A DNA stretch of 64,000 nucleotides from a phage, in the sequence record PZ445511.1; one strand, given 5' to 3'. The position numbers were made by a program, and so were the translations under genes. A model generated the notes under the pieces. That model did no database searches. It was not told the DNA's origin and saw only the letters and a program-made list of their open reading frames with translations. Within the stretch, counting starts at the first letter, position 1. Every line of letters begins with the position of its first letter. Positions 10,940-20,394 of the stretch are shown here, piece by piece.

Positions 10940-11208
10940 TGTCTATTCTTTTATCTGCTTTAGAAGCAAAACAAAATACTATTGCTAGTATTAAAAAGGA
11001 AGTAATTGACTTAGAGTCACTTATTGCCGTAGAGATTGACAAAGCCATCAAAGATAAAGAATTTAACTGTCACATCCAGGGATTGACTGAATATTCAGAA
11101 AATGCTAGAAATAGCGTCATGCAAAAACTTAGCAAACTAGGTTATGTTGTGGAAGCTAAGTATGAGCAACGTGAAGGTTTTTGGCTTGAAATTGATTGGA
11201 GCAAATAA
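10939..11208 (+). CDS. hypothetical protein
   Basis: 89 aa ORF. Confidence 0.5.
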   Translation: MSILLSALEAKQNTIASIKKEVIDLESLIAVEIDKAIKDKEFNCHIQGLTEYSENARNSVMQKLSKLGYVVEAKYEQREGFWLEIDWSK

Positions 11209-11684
11209 TGTCGGTTTTCCACATATATACAGATGGTGCATGTAAGGGCAATCCTGGTTTAGGTGCGTGGGGATTCGTTGTCTATAATGATAATGATGAT
11301 CGTATTGGCTCTAAATCTGGCTTCAGCCATAAAACTACTAATAACGAAATGGAACTTACTGCAATTGTTGAAGTTCTTCGTTGGTCTACTAAGAAAGATA
11401 ATCGTCCAGTAATTATCTACACTGATTCTGCTTACTGCAAAAATGGTATGGAGAGTTGGGTATTTGCCTGGCAAAAGAAAGGATGGAAAAAAGCAGATGG
11501 TGAGGCCCCTCTTAATCTAGAACTATGGAAAGAGGCATTTTCTTTACTACAGAAATATATAAACTTCCATGACACTACGCCTACTTTTATAAAAGTCAAA
11601 GGTCACTCAGGGGACCCTAGAAATGATGAAGTAGATGCTCTATGTAACACAGTTATAACAGAGCAAGAATTAGCTGATATATAA
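11208..11684 (+). CDS. rnhA: ribonuclease H
   Basis: motifs IYTDGAC.GNPG, TNN.MEL, YTDS.Y, KGH.G; start placed at ATG overlapping upstream stop (TAATG). Confidence 0.8.
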   Translation: MSVFHIYTDGACKGNPGLGAWGFVVYNDNDDRIGSKSGFSHKTTNNEMELTAIVEVLRWSTKKDNRPVIIYTDSAYCKNGMESWVFAWQKKGWKKADGEAPLNLELWKEAFSLLQKYINFHDTTPTFIKVKGHSGDPRNDEVDALCNTVITEQELADI

Positions 11685-11686
11685 TT

Positions 11687-12199
11687 ATGCTAACACAAGA
11701 AATTCTCAAGCAATTGCTAGATTATGATCCACTATCCGGTATTTTTACATGGAAAACTAGAGATCCCGATAAGGGAGGATTTAATAAGCAATTTGCAGGT
11801 AAAGTAGCTGGAACCAAAAAATCTGGATATATCAGAATACAGATTAACGGAAAACCATACGATGCCCATAGACTAGCCTTCTTATTTATGGAGGGCTATA
11901 TACCAGAGCTGATAGACCATAAAGACAGAGTGGGAACAAACAACGCTTGGGACAATCTTAGAAAAGCTACTGATAGTCAAAATGCTGCAAACCAATCCGT
12001 CCGATCTACTAATATTTCTGGATATAAAAATGTATCCTGGGATAAGGCTAGAAATAAATGGTTAGTTAATATCATGAAGGATGGTAAAACTATATATGGT
12101 GGTAGATTCTCTGAATTAGAGGATGCAGTAAATGCTGCCAATACTCTACGTTTGTCTTTATTTGGTAGCTTTGCTCTTTACGAAGAATTTATAAAATAA
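11687..12199 (+). CDS. HNH homing endonuclease (HNH plus AP2-like domain)
   Basis: 170 aa; ..DHKD..N..N motif and GYKNVSW AP2-type motif. Confidence 0.75.
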   Translation: MLTQEILKQLLDYDPLSGIFTWKTRDPDKGGFNKQFAGKVAGTKKSGYIRIQINGKPYDAHRLAFLFMEGYIPELIDHKDRVGTNNAWDNLRKATDSQNAANQSVRSTNISGYKNVSWDKARNKWLVNIMKDGKTIYGGRFSELEDAVNAANTLRLSLFGSFALYEEFIK

Positions 12200-12212
12200 A
12201 TTAAAAATTCAC

Positions 12213-12241
12213 TTGCTTAAAGCCCTCGAATTTAGTATAAT
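12213..12241 (+). promoter_or_regulatory. early promoter (TTGCTT-17-TATAAT)
   Basis: promoter family member. Confidence 0.7.
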
Positions 12242-12268
12242 ATTCGTATTGAAAGTGAGGAGGGCTTT

Positions 12269-12547
12269 ATGCGAATTTACAACTCAAATTCATTAGGATT
12301 TAAACCTTTGAGAAAACGCGCACAATCTCCGCGTCAGATCAGAAAGGCAAATATTGGTGAGCCAGAAACTAGGCTTCCACCACCTCCGGAGCAACGTCTA
12401 GTTTACTTAGACGAAGAATTAGCCGAAAGGGAACGTAAAGCTCAAGAAGAAATTGAGCGCAAGAAACTGTGTACTGCTCCTGCATATAACAAGGGTGGTT
12501 ATCAGTACGTTTCCAGTGAGGAACAAGCTAAGATGATCGGCAGATAA
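12269..12547 (+). CDS. hypothetical protein
   Basis: 92 aa ORF with GAGGAGGG RBS. Confidence 0.55.
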   Translation: MRIYNSNSLGFKPLRKRAQSPRQIRKANIGEPETRLPPPPEQRLVYLDEELAERERKAQEEIERKKLCTAPAYNKGGYQYVSSEEQAKMIGR

Positions 12548-12563
12548 TTTTTAAAAAATTCAT

Positions 12564-12592
12564 TTGCTAAACGCTTCAAAATTTCGTATAAT
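12564..12592 (+). promoter_or_regulatory. early promoter (TTGCTA-17-TATAAT)
   Basis: promoter family member. Confidence 0.7.
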
Positions 12593-12630
12593 ATATCTCA
12601 TAAATTGATCAACAAAAAGGAAAACAAATA

Positions 12631-13146
12631 ATGGCTAAGCAGAAAAACGCAAAAACTCAGGCAGCTCCGGCAGTTAAAACTTTCGCTCAGACCGAAGCCA
12701 ATCGTAAGGCTCGTCTGGAACGTCATCTGCGTGAGCATCCTACTGATGCTCAGGCTCAGACTGCCCTGAAGTCTGCGGCTCCGGTTCGCCAGAAGCCGAA
12801 GGCCAAGAACTCTACTCGCGCAACTGCTAAGCAGGTTGTGTTCATCAAGGGTGAAGGTCATAAGTCTGTACCTGTAACTCTGAGCTTTAATGGCGGTGCT
12901 GAGATGTTCGCCCGCAACGGTATGGCTCTGAAAGACTACGAAAAAGCAGTCAATCAGAAGCGTAAGCCAATGGCTGACGTAATGCGTGAATCCCGTGGAC
13001 AGTTTGGCTCCGTTAAACCGAATATTTTCGGTGTAGAGTATAGCCGTGACAACGTTCGCGCTCTGTGCTACGGTATAGGTATTAAGTTTACTGGTGCTTC
13101 TGATCGTAAATCCGCTAAACCTACTCGTAAGCGTAAAGCGAAGTAA
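12631..13146 (+). CDS. basic Lys/Ala-rich protein, possible DNA-binding
   Basis: 171 aa; CGT/CTG-rich codon usage unlike neighbours; RBS AAAGGAAA. Confidence 0.6.
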   Translation: MAKQKNAKTQAAPAVKTFAQTEANRKARLERHLREHPTDAQAQTALKSAAPVRQKPKAKNSTRATAKQVVFIKGEGHKSVPVTLSFNGGAEMFARNGMALKDYEKAVNQKRKPMADVMRESRGQFGSVKPNIFGVEYSRDNVRALCYGIGIKFTGASDRKSAKPTRKRKAK

Positions 13147-13207
13147 TGATTGATGGGGCGAAAGCCCCATATACTAACTCTTTCTCTGACTAATCAAGGA
13201 TATTTTT

Positions 13208-13423
13208 ATGTTCTCTAAGAAACCACGTTCCGTTACTGAAATCGTTGCTTCCTTTACCACTATTACTGATGAACTTCAAGCTCGTATTGAAGCTGACCAG
13301 AAAACTGCTGCTGATATTCAGAAACAGCAGGAAGAACTCGCTCTGAAACTGGCTGAAACCAATAAGAGTGAAAAATCTGCTCAAACTATTAAGGAAAATA
13401 TCCTTAAACTGCTGGGCAAGTAA
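13208..13423 (+). CDS. hypothetical coiled-coil protein
   Basis: 71 aa; same optimised codon usage; followed by GNRA-loop hairpin. Confidence 0.5.
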   Translation: MFSKKPRSVTEIVASFTTITDELQARIEADQKTAADIQKQQEELALKLAETNKSEKSAQTIKENILKLLGK

Positions 13424-13464
13424 TTTAAATCAGGGGGCGAAAGCCCCTCTTATTTGGAGAAACT

Positions 13465-13677
13465 ATGCGTAACTTCGTTGCAAAGAATGATTTTAACCGT
13501 GCTAGCACTCACAAGTCTGCTAGAGACTACACTCGTCTTTCTAAACATGAGCTTCTAGAAGAAATCATGGAAGAAAACTGGGATGTTAGTGAAAATGGAA
13601 CAGACCTGTTTGAAGAAGAGGAACTTCCTCTGAAAGACCCCAAACAGTGGGAGTCTATTAAAGAGACAGCTCTTTAA
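13465..13677 (+). CDS. hypothetical acidic protein
   Basis: 70 aa ORF. Confidence 0.5.
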   Translation: MRNFVAKNDFNRASTHKSARDYTRLSKHELLEEIMEENWDVSENGTDLFEEEELPLKDPKQWESIKETAL

Positions 13678-13707
13678 TAGTTTTCTACAACAATAAAGGA
13701 CATAATT

Positions 13708-14409
13708 ATGAAATTCAAGCCCTTTGGTATGCTGGACATTGAATCTCTAGGTACTCCAGGAAATTGCGGTACTACTCATATTGCAATGCCTTCTTTCGCT
13801 TTTGTAGCGATGCACGGAATTGATAAAGATCCTGATCTGGTATTCGTTACTCTAGACGTTCAAGATCAGCTTAATGCGGGTGCTAAGGTAACTGCCTCTA
13901 CTATTGCATTCTGGATGGATCAAGCTAAAAACAGTCCATCTGCGCTCCATATTATGGAGGCTCTAAATGGTCGTAATCCTAAACTGATTGCCTTCCGTGA
14001 TGGTAAGCATCACTGCACTAATGACGTAGGCTCTAATTATGCTGCCTTCTCTATGGCTCAGAACATTATGGAATTGTCTCTAGGAGATAATGCTCTGTAT
14101 TATGGCAATGGCCCAGAGTTTGATATGACAATCTACTCTGCAAATACGTTCCATGCCGGAACCCATGAAGAAATAGTTCCGTGGAAATTCTGGAACTTAG
14201 GTAACGTTCGATCTTTCCGTAATCAGTGGATGCAAGCTGGTTATAGCTATAAAGATCTAGAAGCCGAAGGTGCTAGCTGGGCAAAAGCTAAAATGGAAAA
14301 GATGGACACCATTCGTTATGGAATCTATCCTGTGAAGCATGATCCAGCATTCGATGCTTTAGTTGAAAGTTATTGTGTAGCCGTCATGATCGAAAAAATC
14401 AAAATTTGA
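13708..14409 (+). CDS. DEDDh-type 3'-5' exonuclease-like protein
   Basis: 233 aa; N-terminal LDIESLG (Exo I-like D.E) and C-terminal H....D (HDPAFDAL) motifs. Confidence 0.45.
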   Translation: MKFKPFGMLDIESLGTPGNCGTTHIAMPSFAFVAMHGIDKDPDLVFVTLDVQDQLNAGAKVTASTIAFWMDQAKNSPSALHIMEALNGRNPKLIAFRDGKHHCTNDVGSNYAAFSMAQNIMELSLGDNALYYGNGPEFDMTIYSANTFHAGTHEEIVPWKFWNLGNVRSFRNQWMQAGYSYKDLEAEGASWAKAKMEKMDTIRYGIYPVKHDPAFDALVESYCVAVMIEKIKI

Positions 14410-14410
14410 T

Positions 14411-14439
14411 TTGCTTTCAGCTCCAAAATTCTGTATAAT
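14411..14439 (+). promoter_or_regulatory. early promoter (TTGCTT-17-TATAAT)
   Basis: promoter family member. Confidence 0.7.
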
Positions 14440-14479
14440 ATATTCATAAATTTGAGAGAACAACAAAAGGAAAATAATT

Positions 14480-14662
14480 ATGCCAGTATCTAAAAACGTC
14501 CGTAAAAATGGTAAAGTAGCAAAACGTAACCTGGGTCTGCGTCGTATGGCTGAGCGTCAGTCCGGCATCCAGAAAATCTTTAATGTGCTGAATCGCGCCA
14601 ACCCGAATATTGATAACAGTTCTGATACTGTTCTGCGCACTCTGCTAGCAATCGGTCTGTAA
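14480..14662 (+). CDS. hypothetical small basic protein
   Basis: 60 aa ORF with AAAGGAAAA RBS. Confidence 0.45.
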   Translation: MPVSKNVRKNGKVAKRNLGLRRMAERQSGIQKIFNVLNRANPNIDNSSDTVLRTLLAIGL

Positions 14663-14715
14663 TAGACCATTTTTAAAACAAATTCAAATCTCAAACTTCA
14701 TATAAGGAAGAAATA

Positions 14716-15354
14716 ATGACTACTCGTATCTCTAAAACTCGTGCTCTGGCAACTATCAAGTCTCTAGAAGCTAAAATCCGTAAAGCTACTGAACAACAGC
14801 TTTTGATTGCTGTTGGTGAAGGTAAGGATAAGAACCAAGTTGTAGTTGGCGCTGCAATCGAAGTAGATGCTCTGTCTACTCGTATTAAGACTGATTTCCA
14901 GTCTCTGTTGGATATGATGTCCCAGCGTGATCATCTGAAAGCAGCGCTGATCAAGAGCAATGCTGAAACTGTTGTAGAGATCGGTTCCCGATCTATGACT
15001 GTTGCGGAAGCAATCGAAGCTAAGCGTTCTATGGAACTCAAAGCTCAGTTGCTGGCTAACATGCGTAAGCAGTTCCATGCTGCTACTGTTAAGTTTAACA
15101 CTCAGAAGGCTCAGTTTGATAACAAGTATGAGCGTTTGCAGGATACCATGGCTACCCGCGACAAGAAGACTTCTGAGGATGAAGTTAAGATGCAGCTTAA
15201 CCTGCTGGAACTCAAGAACACTCCGTTCCTGATCGATCCGCTGGAGCTGGAAAAGCTGATCAAGCAACACGACGAAGAATACCAGGATTTTGCAACCAAC
15301 GTTGACTTTGTTCTGTCTGAGTCCAACGCCTCTACTTTTATCGAAGTAGAGTAA
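14716..15354 (+). CDS. hypothetical protein
   Basis: 212 aa; optimised codon usage. Confidence 0.6.
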   Translation: MTTRISKTRALATIKSLEAKIRKATEQQLLIAVGEGKDKNQVVVGAAIEVDALSTRIKTDFQSLLDMMSQRDHLKAALIKSNAETVVEIGSRSMTVAEAIEAKRSMELKAQLLANMRKQFHAATVKFNTQKAQFDNKYERLQDTMATRDKKTSEDEVKMQLNLLELKNTPFLIDPLELEKLIKQHDEEYQDFATNVDFVLSESNASTFIEVE

Positions 15355-15744
15355 TGATTTAAAAGACTAGTAAATCGGTAGACGAAAGCCCAAGCATCTT
15401 ACCTCGCAGCAGCGGTTGAAATACGAGGTTAAATAAGACCGCTGACCATACTATAAAGTATAATCTATTGGAGATTATCTTAATTTATTTTTCGGCAGAT
15501 GTTGCATCTGTCAAAATAAAACAAGACGTCGTTGGTAGTACCAACACAACTTCAAAGATCAACGCTCAAGTATGAAAGCTGAAAAGTTAAAAGCACTCAA
15601 ACTTCTAACCTTCTAAAGCTAAAAGATGCAAAGTATTCGTTGATGATTCAAACCCTAGATCAAAGGTACATGGCTCATAAGATATGGCCTGTGGCGCCTC
15701 TAGGCTGTTTATCGGTTTACTAGTTTCACAATTTAAAAATGTAT

Positions 15745-15773
15745 TTGCTAATTAGTTTAGTTTTCTGTATAAT
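15745..15773 (+). promoter_or_regulatory. early promoter (TTGCTA-17-TATAAT)
   Basis: promoter family member. Confidence 0.7.
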
Positions 15774-15803
15774 ATATTTTTAAATTGATGAGACGAGGCT
15801 ATT

Positions 15804-16067
15804 ATGATTTTTCATATTCTTATTGATGATGTGCGTAACCTTCATGGAATGGACATTATAATTCGAACCCCCGAAGCCGCTGTTGAGTTTCTGAATAAAA
15901 CCGATACCACAGGTCATTTCGTTTATATGGATAACGATCTGGCTGTAGATGATATGGAAGGTTATCAAATTCTTCGTTTACTCCTAGAATTTGGTCAGAG
16001 ACCCAAGAAAGTGGTACTAGTAACCTCGAACCCTTCGTCTAAGAGACCATGCGTAATGATCTCTTAG
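15804..16067 (+). CDS. hypothetical protein
   Basis: 87 aa ORF. Confidence 0.5.
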   Translation: MIFHILIDDVRNLHGMDIIIRTPEAAVEFLNKTDTTGHFVYMDNDLAVDDMEGYQILRLLLEFGQRPKKVVLVTSNPSSKRPCVMIS

Positions 16068-16125
16068 ACGAAGGGTATCAAGAAAGCCCTAATCGTATTG
16101 AGTACGATTGGCCGGAGTAAATAAA

Positions 16126-16575
16126 ATGAAGGCAGCTTTGCTTTTAATAGCTGCCCTAACCTATAGCTTCAATAGTCATGCTACCTACGACGCTAAACAG
16201 ATTGATTGCATTGCAAAAAATGTCTATTTTGAGAGCCGAGGTGAGGGCACGAAGGGAATGGTTGCAGTTGCACAGGTCACCAAAAACCGTGTTAACTCTG
16301 GTACATTCCCGGATTCTTACTGTAAAGTAGTATATCAGTCTAACCAGTTCTCTTGGGTATCTAAGAGACCAAAAGTTGATAAAACCGATGCGGCTTGGCA
16401 AACTGCTAAGAATGTAGCTAGAGTGATATACTACGTTGATTTACCCCATGATCCAACATATGGAGCGTTATACTTCCATAGTGGTAAAGAAAAGCCGTAC
16501 TGGACGAAAACGTTCAAGAAAACAACTAAAATTCAAGGCCACACGTTCTATAAGCCTGTGACTAAGAAAATTTAA
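16126..16575 (+). CDS. secreted cell-wall hydrolase (SleB/CwlJ-like)
   Basis: signal peptide; motifs NVYFESRGEG, VAQVTKNRV, QFSW; ORF track start 16108 is TTG. Confidence 0.6.
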   Translation: MKAALLLIAALTYSFNSHATYDAKQIDCIAKNVYFESRGEGTKGMVAVAQVTKNRVNSGTFPDSYCKVVYQSNQFSWVSKRPKVDKTDAAWQTAKNVARVIYYVDLPHDPTYGALYFHSGKEKPYWTKTFKKTTKIQGHTFYKPVTKKI

Positions 16576-16583
16576 AAATTCAA

Positions 16584-16612
16584 TTGCTTTAAGCCTTAAA
16601 ATTCTGTATAAT
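16584..16612 (+). promoter_or_regulatory. early promoter (TTGCTT-17-TATAAT)
   Basis: promoter family member. Confidence 0.7.
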
Positions 16613-16644
16613 AACTGTATAAATTGATGAGAGGAAAGCGAACA

Positions 16645-16815
16645 ATGAAAACCTTAGTAATTATTGGTGTTAATACTCATGGTATTCGTACTACGAAAAC
16701 AGTTAAAACTACTAACATTGCTGAAATTACTACAAATCCTAAGAAGTTTGATTTCGCCAAAGTCTCAGCAGTTATGACAGAACAATCTTTTAACCAAGCA
16801 CTGGGAATTAAATAA
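16645..16815 (+). CDS. hypothetical small protein
   Basis: ATG with GAGGAAA RBS inside ORF 16624..16815. Confidence 0.45.
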   Translation: MKTLVIIGVNTHGIRTTKTVKTTNIAEITTNPKKFDFAKVSAVMTEQSFNQALGIK

Positions 16816-17258
16816 TGGAAGAGAATATTCTAGATGTTTTGCGTAGGGCTTTGCAGGAATCCAAGTTTGATGGTTCTGATAAAGAAGTAGCTAAAAGCTA
16901 CCAGACCATAATCGGAGATCTTCAGCGTGTTGATAAAGACTTCATTACTTCTGAACAGTTTATATCTTATCTAAAAGCTCAACTGAAAAGCATTAATCAG
17001 ACGAAAGCTAAACTTCACAGTCAAGATCTTGATAATTATAGCTTGCAGTCTGCTCAGTATGAATATATACTGAACAAATGGTTACAGCAGTATTTGCCTC
17101 CTCAGCTATCTGATTCTGAGATTCGCAAATACTTCGCAGAATTAGTTAAGCTGAATCCTGGGATTACAAAGGGTATGCTGATGAAAGCGATTAAGGAAGA
17201 GTTTCCTGGTCGTTACGACGGTGGCATTGCTGCTCAGGTTGCTGGCGAATTTAATTAA
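16815..17258 (+). CDS. GatB/YqeY-domain-like protein
   Basis: 147 aa; C-terminal GMLMKAIKEEFPGRYDGG resembles YqeY domain. Confidence 0.45.
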   Translation: MEENILDVLRRALQESKFDGSDKEVAKSYQTIIGDLQRVDKDFITSEQFISYLKAQLKSINQTKAKLHSQDLDNYSLQSAQYEYILNKWLQQYLPPQLSDSEIRKYFAELVKLNPGITKGMLMKAIKEEFPGRYDGGIAAQVAGEFN

Positions 17259-17266
17259 AAATTAAT

Positions 17267-17295
17267 TTGCTAAACGCTTCAAAATTCTGTATAAT
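17267..17295 (+). promoter_or_regulatory. early promoter (TTGCTA-17-TATAAT)
   Basis: promoter family member; -10 ends 6 nt before ATG 17302. Confidence 0.7.
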
Positions 17296-17301
17296 ATATT
17301 C

Positions 17302-17784
17302 ATGAAAAGGAAAGAATACCCTACTAAAGAAATACTTGAAAAATATTTTGTAGCTGATCCTGATAATGGGATACTATATAGGAAAACAAAGAAAGGTTTG
17401 AAAGAGTGTTGTGCCAATAATAAGAAATCACATCCAGATGTGGGATTTCAGGGCGACACCTATCAACTGCATGTCTTATTATTTATTATGTACTATGGAT
17501 ATAGGCCTGAAGAAGTAGATCATAAGGATACTAATCCTAGAAATAATAGGAAAAATAATCTAAGGGACGCCTCTAGATCGCAAAATAATGCGAATAGAAA
17601 CCAACAATGCAATAATACTTCTGGGTACAAAGGAGTAAGTTGGGAAGGCTCTTCCTGGAGATACCAAGTAAGACATGAAGGAAAAAATTACAGTAAAAGA
17701 GGGTTTAAAACTGCGGAAGAGGCTTTCGAGGCCTCTAAGATATTAAGAGAATCCTTACATAAAGAATTTACTAACTTTGGTTAG
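17302..17784 (+). CDS. HNH homing endonuclease (HNH plus AP2)
   Basis: 160 aa; YGYRPEEVDHKD..N..N and GYKGVSW motifs. Confidence 0.7.
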   Translation: MKRKEYPTKEILEKYFVADPDNGILYRKTKKGLKECCANNKKSHPDVGFQGDTYQLHVLLFIMYYGYRPEEVDHKDTNPRNNRKNNLRDASRSQNNANRNQQCNNTSGYKGVSWEGSSWRYQVRHEGKNYSKRGFKTAEEAFEASKILRESLHKEFTNFG

Positions 17785-18414
17785 TAATAGTGGGGTGCCG
17801 AAACCACTTATGTAACAACACTGCCGTCCTAGTATAATAGGTATTATTAGGGCTTCACCGCCTGAAGATGTGGGTTCGAGTCCCACGGTCGGAAAGAGTT
17901 GGATAACTGGTGCTTCTAATGGCGAAGCAATCGCAGGCAGTTGCGCACTGCCAAAACCACGCGGTAGTTGGTTCCAGGCTAACCAACCACTCTTGAAAAG
18001 TATATACTACGGTTTTGCTTGTTCAGGAAGCTTCGCATCGAAAATCGGAGGTGCGATTTTATCAGACCGCGTGGAGGACGTCTCTCCGTTAAGTGACGAA
18101 AAGTGGGACGATTCAGGTAGAGCTGGATATGGAACACCTATACATATGCGGAGTGCGCACAAAGCATATTGCGGTGGTACTAAACGAAATTAGGAGTCAT
18201 GACCTGCACAAGTTTAGTATGTCATAACCGATGTACATTCAGTACAAAAACCACTGAAGCTAAGATAGATAGTCACCTTGACTTAAACTGGAAGATATTG
18301 TCTGACGGAAGGGCTGCAGAGCTTAATCTGAGGGGGCTGACCCTACCTACCGTCGGGTATCTTTAAGAGTTCTTACGAGAACTCTTAAAGATACCTAAAC
18401 ATTAAGGAATACTG
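17785..18414 (+). ncRNA. structured non-coding region (T-arm-like element and 17-bp perfect hairpin); identity unresolved
   Basis: 630 bp without convincing ORF or promoter; gtgggttcgagtcccac at 17870-17886; hairpin 18357-18394. Confidence 0.3.
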
Positions 18415-18924
18415 ATGAATCTAGGAACTACTTGTATATTTGATCACAGAGAAATGTGTTGCCCACATATTCTGTATGTAGTTCACTTTGCAGAACGTCT
18501 TACTCTGGATGAAGCTCGTGAGAAAATGGGTGGAATTACTGGATATGATTTCCGTGAAGGTGAATACTTTAGCATTGCTCTTGATTACATTGACAATACC
18601 CGTCTCTATCATCTAGTGCAGCTAGGGGAAGAAACTGATGAAGTGAAAATGGCGAAAGATACTCTACGTCGTTATCGTCCTCAGATTCTAGAACGTACAC
18701 TTCGTGGAGAACGTAGTGACCCATTGTTCTTGAAGTGCTATGACGCAGATGTTAATGAGTATCTAGGACAGCAACGGTTTTACACTGAAATCAAAGAGTT
18801 TGTTCGTGAAAAATACGACGCTCTACTAATTGATTCCAGAGCACGACGTGCAGCTAAAAATGCTGAGAAATCTGCTAAAGCAGCACTAGAAAGCCAAACC
18901 AAACTGAACGAAATCGTTAAGTGA
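18415..18924 (+). CDS. hypothetical protein
   Basis: 169 aa ORF with AAGGAA RBS. Confidence 0.6.
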   Translation: MNLGTTCIFDHREMCCPHILYVVHFAERLTLDEAREKMGGITGYDFREGEYFSIALDYIDNTRLYHLVQLGEETDEVKMAKDTLRRYRPQILERTLRGERSDPLFLKCYDADVNEYLGQQRFYTEIKEFVREKYDALLIDSRARRAAKNAEKSAKAALESQTKLNEIVK

Positions 18925-18932
18925 TCTAATTT

Positions 18933-19004
18933 CGGGGTGTAGTCTAAGGGATAGGCAGGAGTCTTCTAAATTCCTTTATGCAGGTTCGAATCCTGTCACC
19001 TCGG
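18933..19004 (+). tRNA. tRNA-Arg(UCU)
   Basis: hand-folded cloverleaf: acceptor cggggtg/cacctcg, anticodon loop cttctaa, T-loop ttcgaat, CCA encoded. Confidence 0.7.
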
Positions 19005-19033
19005 CCAATCTTATTACCTGTTAGGAAAATAAA

Positions 19034-19234
19034 ATGAAAACACGATATATAGTAAAAGTAGTAGGTGAACATTCGCAAGTAAATACCACGGATGTTACAG
19101 CACTAGCATTTGAGGTAGTCTCCGGTATAGTCATATTTCATAATGGGGATATCAAAGCTCCTGAATTTGCTGTGGATGCTGGCCTGTTTATTTCTGCAAC
19201 TAAAGTAACTGTAGTAGCTAACTCTTCTAAATAA
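19034..19234 (+). CDS. hypothetical protein
   Basis: 66 aa ORF. Confidence 0.4.
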   Translation: MKTRYIVKVVGEHSQVNTTDVTALAFEVVSGIVIFHNGDIKAPEFAVDAGLFISATKVTVVANSSK

Positions 19235-19245
19235 TAAGGAAATAT

Positions 19246-20190
19246 ATGTTTACTAAAAACACTAAAGAACTGACTTCTGAGCAAAAAGTAATTCGTACTA
19301 TTAAACGTTGGGGTGTTGGTGCTGCTATTAGTCTTGGTGCTCTTATTCTGGCTCTCAATTCCTATACAGTTGTTCAGGATGGTACTGTTAAGACCCAAAC
19401 CTTCCTGGGTAAAGTTAGCCCTAATCCTGTATTGCCAGGCTTCCATATTGTTAACCCATTTGCTTCTTTTGATACTTTTAGTACGAAAGATATTTCCATG
19501 AAACTGGATAAACTTCAGGTTCCTAGCCAGGATAAGTTTAAGTCCACTGTTGACATTACCGTTATGTTGCAGTTTGATGGTGCTAAAGCTCCTATGAACC
19601 GTGTTAACGCAGGTACTCAGGATCAAGCTCTGAACAAGTACGTTGAAGAGAAGATGCTGTCTACGATTCGTGAGTTTGGTAAGTCTGTACCAAAAGCACA
19701 AGATCTGTTCGACGCTAAGATTCAGGCTCAACTGCAAACCGCTATTCAGCAAGAAGTAGAAGAGTATGCGCGTCCTTATGGTTACACCGTTAAGCAAGTA
19801 TTCCTTCAGGATATTACTCTGCCACCGGTAATCATGGAACAGGTACAGAACACCAAAGTTCGTGAAGAACAAGTTAACGCTGCAAAAGCTGAACTGGCTC
19901 GTGTTGAACAAGAAGCACAGCAGAAAGTTAAGCAAGCTGAGGCGGATCGTTCCGCTCGTGAAAACATGGCAGTAGCTAACGAACGTGACGCAGATGCTAA
20001 ACTGTACGCAGCTAAGAAAGAAGCTGAAGCTAACGCCGCTCTGCAACGTACCATTACTCCTGAAATGATTCGTTGGAAGCAGCTGGAAGTTGAAATGCTT
20101 CGTGCTGAAAAATACCAAGGTGGTGTACCACAGACTGTTGTCGGTACTGGCTACGATGGTCAAATGATCATGGATATGCGTAACAAGTAA
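19246..20190 (+). CDS. SPFH/band-7 (prohibitin/HflC-like) membrane protein
   Basis: 314 aa; N-terminal TM; PGFHIVNPF motif; long Ala/Glu/Lys-rich coiled coil. Confidence 0.65.
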   Translation: MFTKNTKELTSEQKVIRTIKRWGVGAAISLGALILALNSYTVVQDGTVKTQTFLGKVSPNPVLPGFHIVNPFASFDTFSTKDISMKLDKLQVPSQDKFKSTVDITVMLQFDGAKAPMNRVNAGTQDQALNKYVEEKMLSTIREFGKSVPKAQDLFDAKIQAQLQTAIQQEVEEYARPYGYTVKQVFLQDITLPPVIMEQVQNTKVREEQVNAAKAELARVEQEAQQKVKQAEADRSARENMAVANERDADAKLYAAKKEAEANAALQRTITPEMIRWKQLEVEMLRAEKYQGGVPQTVVGTGYDGQMIMDMRNK

Positions 20191-20214
20191 TAGTTACACG
20201 TAATCTTCGAACCA

Positions 20215-20247
20215 AGCCCGCGTTTCCTTCGAGAGCGCGGGCTTTTC
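20215..20247 (+). terminator. rho-independent terminator
   Basis: agcccgcg...cgcgggct stem followed by TTTT. Confidence 0.6.
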
Positions 20248-20394
20248 TATATTTAAGGCAAAAGAAAAAGCCCATAAGTTATTCAACTAAGGTCTTTAGT
20301 ATTTAATTCTTTAGAATCATATACTATTATTGCAGCAACAACGTGCTAACCTTAAGTGCCCTGCGATTTTCCTCTAAAAAGTTAAAAAATTCGA

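Noticed and set aside
12598-13170. 190-aa minus-strand ORF
   Set aside because: Antisense shadow of the plus-strand gene 12631..13146, which has a promoter, an RBS and coherent codon usage.
14764-15326. Minus-strand and alternative-frame ORFs within 14716..15354
   Set aside because: Overlap the plus-strand gene, which has the better start context; the alternative products are Ser/Leu-rich shadows.
17870-18193. 107-aa ORF from the six-frame track
   Set aside because: It starts inside a T-arm-like hairpin, has no RBS or promoter, and runs through GC-rich structured sequence; treated as non-coding.
19138-20163. 341-aa minus-strand ORF
   Set aside because: Antisense to the SPFH-domain gene 19246..20190; low-complexity translation with no expression signals.
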